Assembly: GCA_937879825.1 (NCBI GenBank)
Contig: CALFMQ010000252.1
Span: 1-35,595, forward strand
Source of the DNA: an uncultured Phycisphaerales bacterium
Lineage (GTDB): Bacteria; Planctomycetota; Phycisphaerae; Phycisphaerales; UBA1924
Length of the DNA stretch: 35,595 nt
Direction of reading: 5' to 3'
Of the stretch, positions 34,062 to 35,595 are shown piece by piece; position 1 is the stretch's first letter, and the number at the start of each line of letters is the position of its first letter. The notes under the pieces are model-generated. The model did not search any database. It was not told where the DNA came from and worked only from the letters and a program-made list of their open reading frames with translations. Position numbers and translations under genes: made by a program.

Positions 34062-34979
34062 TCAGTCGAGTTCGATATCGCTCGTGTGATCGGGTCGGCG
34101 CGGGCGCGGAGGGGGAGCGGGGGGTGTTTCGGGACGCTGCTTGTCGTAGGCGGGCTTGCGCGGCGCGGGCTTGGGCGCGTTTCTGGAGCCGAACACCCAC
34201 GCGTCGAGGCTGAGTTTGCCAGCGCCCATGAACAGGATCGCGCCGGCCATCGCGAGCAGGCCGAACTGCCACATCATGGTGTTCCACATCTGAATCCAGT
34301 CGGGCGAGGCCATCTCGGGCTTGGGGAGGAAGCCCAGGAAGTTGTCTCCGGTCCGCGAGCGGATGGCGGGCCCGATCTGCGTGAGCCAGAGGGCGGTGCC
34401 CATGGTGCCTATGACTCCCAGAGCCGCGAGGCGTGAGAACAACCCGAAGAGAAGGGCGGCCCCGGCGGCGAGTTCGGTGGAGACGGCGGCCCACGCGAGC
34501 GACTTGGCCCAAGCATCCGAACCGAGCGCCTTGGGTACCAAGCGGGATCGTTGATCGTTGCCATCGGCGCTCATTTTGAGCATGCCGGCGATGGACATGA
34601 CGCGGCGGGCCCGAACGGTGAGGGGCTGTTCGATGACGGTGGGCTCGGCGACGGAGGATGCACCCGTGGTGAGTTCTGCTTCGGCGCCGGGCTCGTCGTC
34701 GATGGACTCGGCGCTGGAGTCGGGGTCTGGTTCATCGCCAGCAGCTGCATCGGCGCTGGACTCGGGGGTGGCTGGCGCTTCGGACTCGGGCGCGGCGGCT
34801 GGGGGAGGCCACTGGCCCTGAAGGATGGTTCCCTCGTTCATGGAAGCGAGCGTGGCGGCCATGGGGCCCGAGTAGTCCTGGGGCATGAGCTTGCCGGCGC
34901 CGGCCCAGATGAACGTTGCCCCCAGAGCCAGACGCAGGAAGAGAGGCGCGAAGGTCTGGGGCTTGGCATGATTGGACAT
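34062..34979 (-). CDS. DoxX-family membrane protein with a large acidic loop insertion
   Basis: FAPLFLRLALGATFIWAGAGKL is a DoxX-type first helix, and later helices are present. A ~110-aa Pro/Glu/Asp/Ser/Ala-rich insert follows TM1. AAGGAG lies 9 nt upstream of ATG 34979. Confidence 0.7.
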   Translation of the reverse strand: MSNHAKPQTFAPLFLRLALGATFIWAGAGKLMPQDYSGPMAATLASMNEGTILQGQWPPPAAAPESEAPATPESSADAAAGDEPDPDSSAESIDDEPGAEAELTTGASSVAEPTVIEQPLTVRARRVMSIAGMLKMSADGNDQRSRLVPKALGSDAWAKSLAWAAVSTELAAGAALLFGLFSRLAALGVIGTMGTALWLTQIGPAIRSRTGDNFLGFLPKPEMASPDWIQMWNTMMWQFGLLAMAGAILFMGAGKLSLDAWVFGSRNAPKPAPRKPAYDKQRPETPPAPPPRPRRPDHTSDIELD

Positions 34980-35057
34980 ATCTCGGGTCTCCTTGGGCAC
35001 CCGGTTATTGTCGGCGAGCACACGGGAATTGCACGCTAGAATCGTAGGTCGAGAAAC

Positions 35058-35140
35058 GCGGGCGTGGCGGAACTGGCAGACGCGCGGGATTTAGGTTCCC
35101 GTGCCTTCACGGCGTGCAGGTTCGACTCCTGTCGCCCGCA
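35058..35140 (+). tRNA. tRNA-Leu (anticodon UAG), class II with a long variable arm; CCA not encoded
   Basis: Folded by hand. Acceptor GCGGGCG/CGCCCGC, anticodon stem CGGGA/TCCCG with loop TTTAGGT, long variable arm TGCCTTCACGGCGTG, T arm GCAGG-TTCGACT-CCTGT, discriminator A. Nearly colinear with the E. coli tRNA-Leu(UAG) sequence as I recall it. Confidence 0.93.
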
Positions 35141-35282
35141 TTGGTCGATTGATCGGACGCGCAAGGGTTGCGCGTGATGATCAATAACGCGCCGGCGGAC
35201 CGGAATGGCGTGCGCAGTTTCGCCATCTTTCCGCCTGTCTTGGGTTCACAGGACGGGTGCGCGGGGTATATTTGGCGAGCCG

Positions 35283-35591
35283 ATGACCTCCATTCGCCCG
35301 ACCATCCCGTTCCACATCGCTCGCGCGTACGGCGTGGCGTCGCGTTCGGCGTCGCCCTCGGCCCAGCTCGCGCCAGCGCAGCCGGTGTCGAAGCCGGAGG
35401 TGTCGCGTGAGGACGCGGCGAGGGAGAAACTGGCTCGGCTGATCGCGGCTCGTGTGCCGGGCGGTATTGATTTCACGAATGATGAGCCGGTGCCAAGCGC
35501 CGGCGCGATCCCGATGTACCGCCACCCGGCGGAGCGCAATGCTGCGGCGACGGGCGTGGTCGCGGGGCGTGTGATCGATGTCATCGGGTAA
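35283..35591 (+). CDS. Small hypothetical protein (102 aa)
   Basis: GC3-rich frame ending at TAA 35589-35591. The ATG at 35283 is the first Met after the tRNA. No family was recognised. Confidence 0.45.
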   Translation: MTSIRPTIPFHIARAYGVASRSASPSAQLAPAQPVSKPEVSREDAAREKLARLIAARVPGGIDFTNDEPVPSAGAIPMYRHPAERNAAATGVVAGRVIDVIG

Positions 35592-35595
35592 GGAC

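Noticed and set aside
35141-35282. The region after tRNA-Leu examined for an integrated element (att-like repeat, integrase)
   Set aside because: No integrase or repeat of the tRNA 3' end is visible in the ~450 bp remaining. The window ends too soon to judge. The small CGCGCAA-GGG-TTGCGCG hairpin at 35158-35174 lacks a U-tract.
1-35595. Search for CRISPR arrays, IS elements, rRNA, prophage or known defence-system genes
   Set aside because: I saw no regularly spaced direct repeats, no transposase, integrase or recombinase motifs, no rRNA-like sequence, and no ATPase/nuclease gene pairs typical of defence islands.

Overview
GC-rich, densely coding bacterial chromosomal window. There are about 33 protein genes and one tRNA, and I saw no rRNA, CRISPR array, transposase or integrase. 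The gene repertoire suggests a Planctomycetota/PVC-like organism, but this is inference only. The cues are an ECF sigma paired with a Ser/Thr kinase, a membrane protein ending in CxxC..YDL..CPECG, a GxxExxY protein and a DoxX protein. Layout: (1) 1-12.1 kb holds two convergent operons for a modified surface polysaccharide. The plus operon encodes GT2, a WcaF-like O-acetyltransferase, GT2, a SAM methyltransferase, ATP sulfurylase, GT4 and a Wzy-like polymerase. The minus operon encodes a UDP-GlcA-epimerase-like SDR, a membrane EEP phosphoesterase, an unassigned beta-rich protein and a Wzx-like flippase. (2) 12.1-19.4 kb is a minus-strand unit of ECF sigma, membrane Ser/Thr kinase, APS kinase, CysQ/HAL2-type pAp phosphatase and an SLC13 anion permease, ending at an intrinsic terminator. 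Together with sat this is a complete sulfate-uptake and PAPS-synthesis module around the polysaccharide genes, yet no recognisable sulfotransferase is present. (3) 19.6-23.8 kb holds a coiled-coil membrane protein, then on the minus strand gatB, a Tat-signal ankyrin protein and a zinc-ribbon membrane protein. (4) 23.9-29 kb is a plus operon. It starts with a ketosynthase-like protein lacking the catalytic Cys and one His, followed by a GxxExxY protein, a canonical FabF, a membrane protein, and a fusion of a degenerate YrdC-like domain with a YwlE-type phosphatase. (5) 29-35 kb is a minus operon of DoxX, a TonB/TolA-like anchor fused to a VWA domain, ExbB, two ExbD and a large helical-repeat secreted protein. 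(6) tRNA-Leu(UAG) and a small ORF lie at the right edge. Eight gene junctions are 4-nt ATGA/GTGA overlaps (1033, 8796, 10909, 27170, 31311, 31823, 32293, 33063), which supports the operon calls. The candidates most worth follow-up are the ExbBD motor paired with a VWA-tipped TonB-like protein, the sulfation-ready polysaccharide locus with no sulfotransferase, the sigma/kinase pair, and the KS/CLF-like pair. All family assignments come from motifs read by eye; no database search was run.
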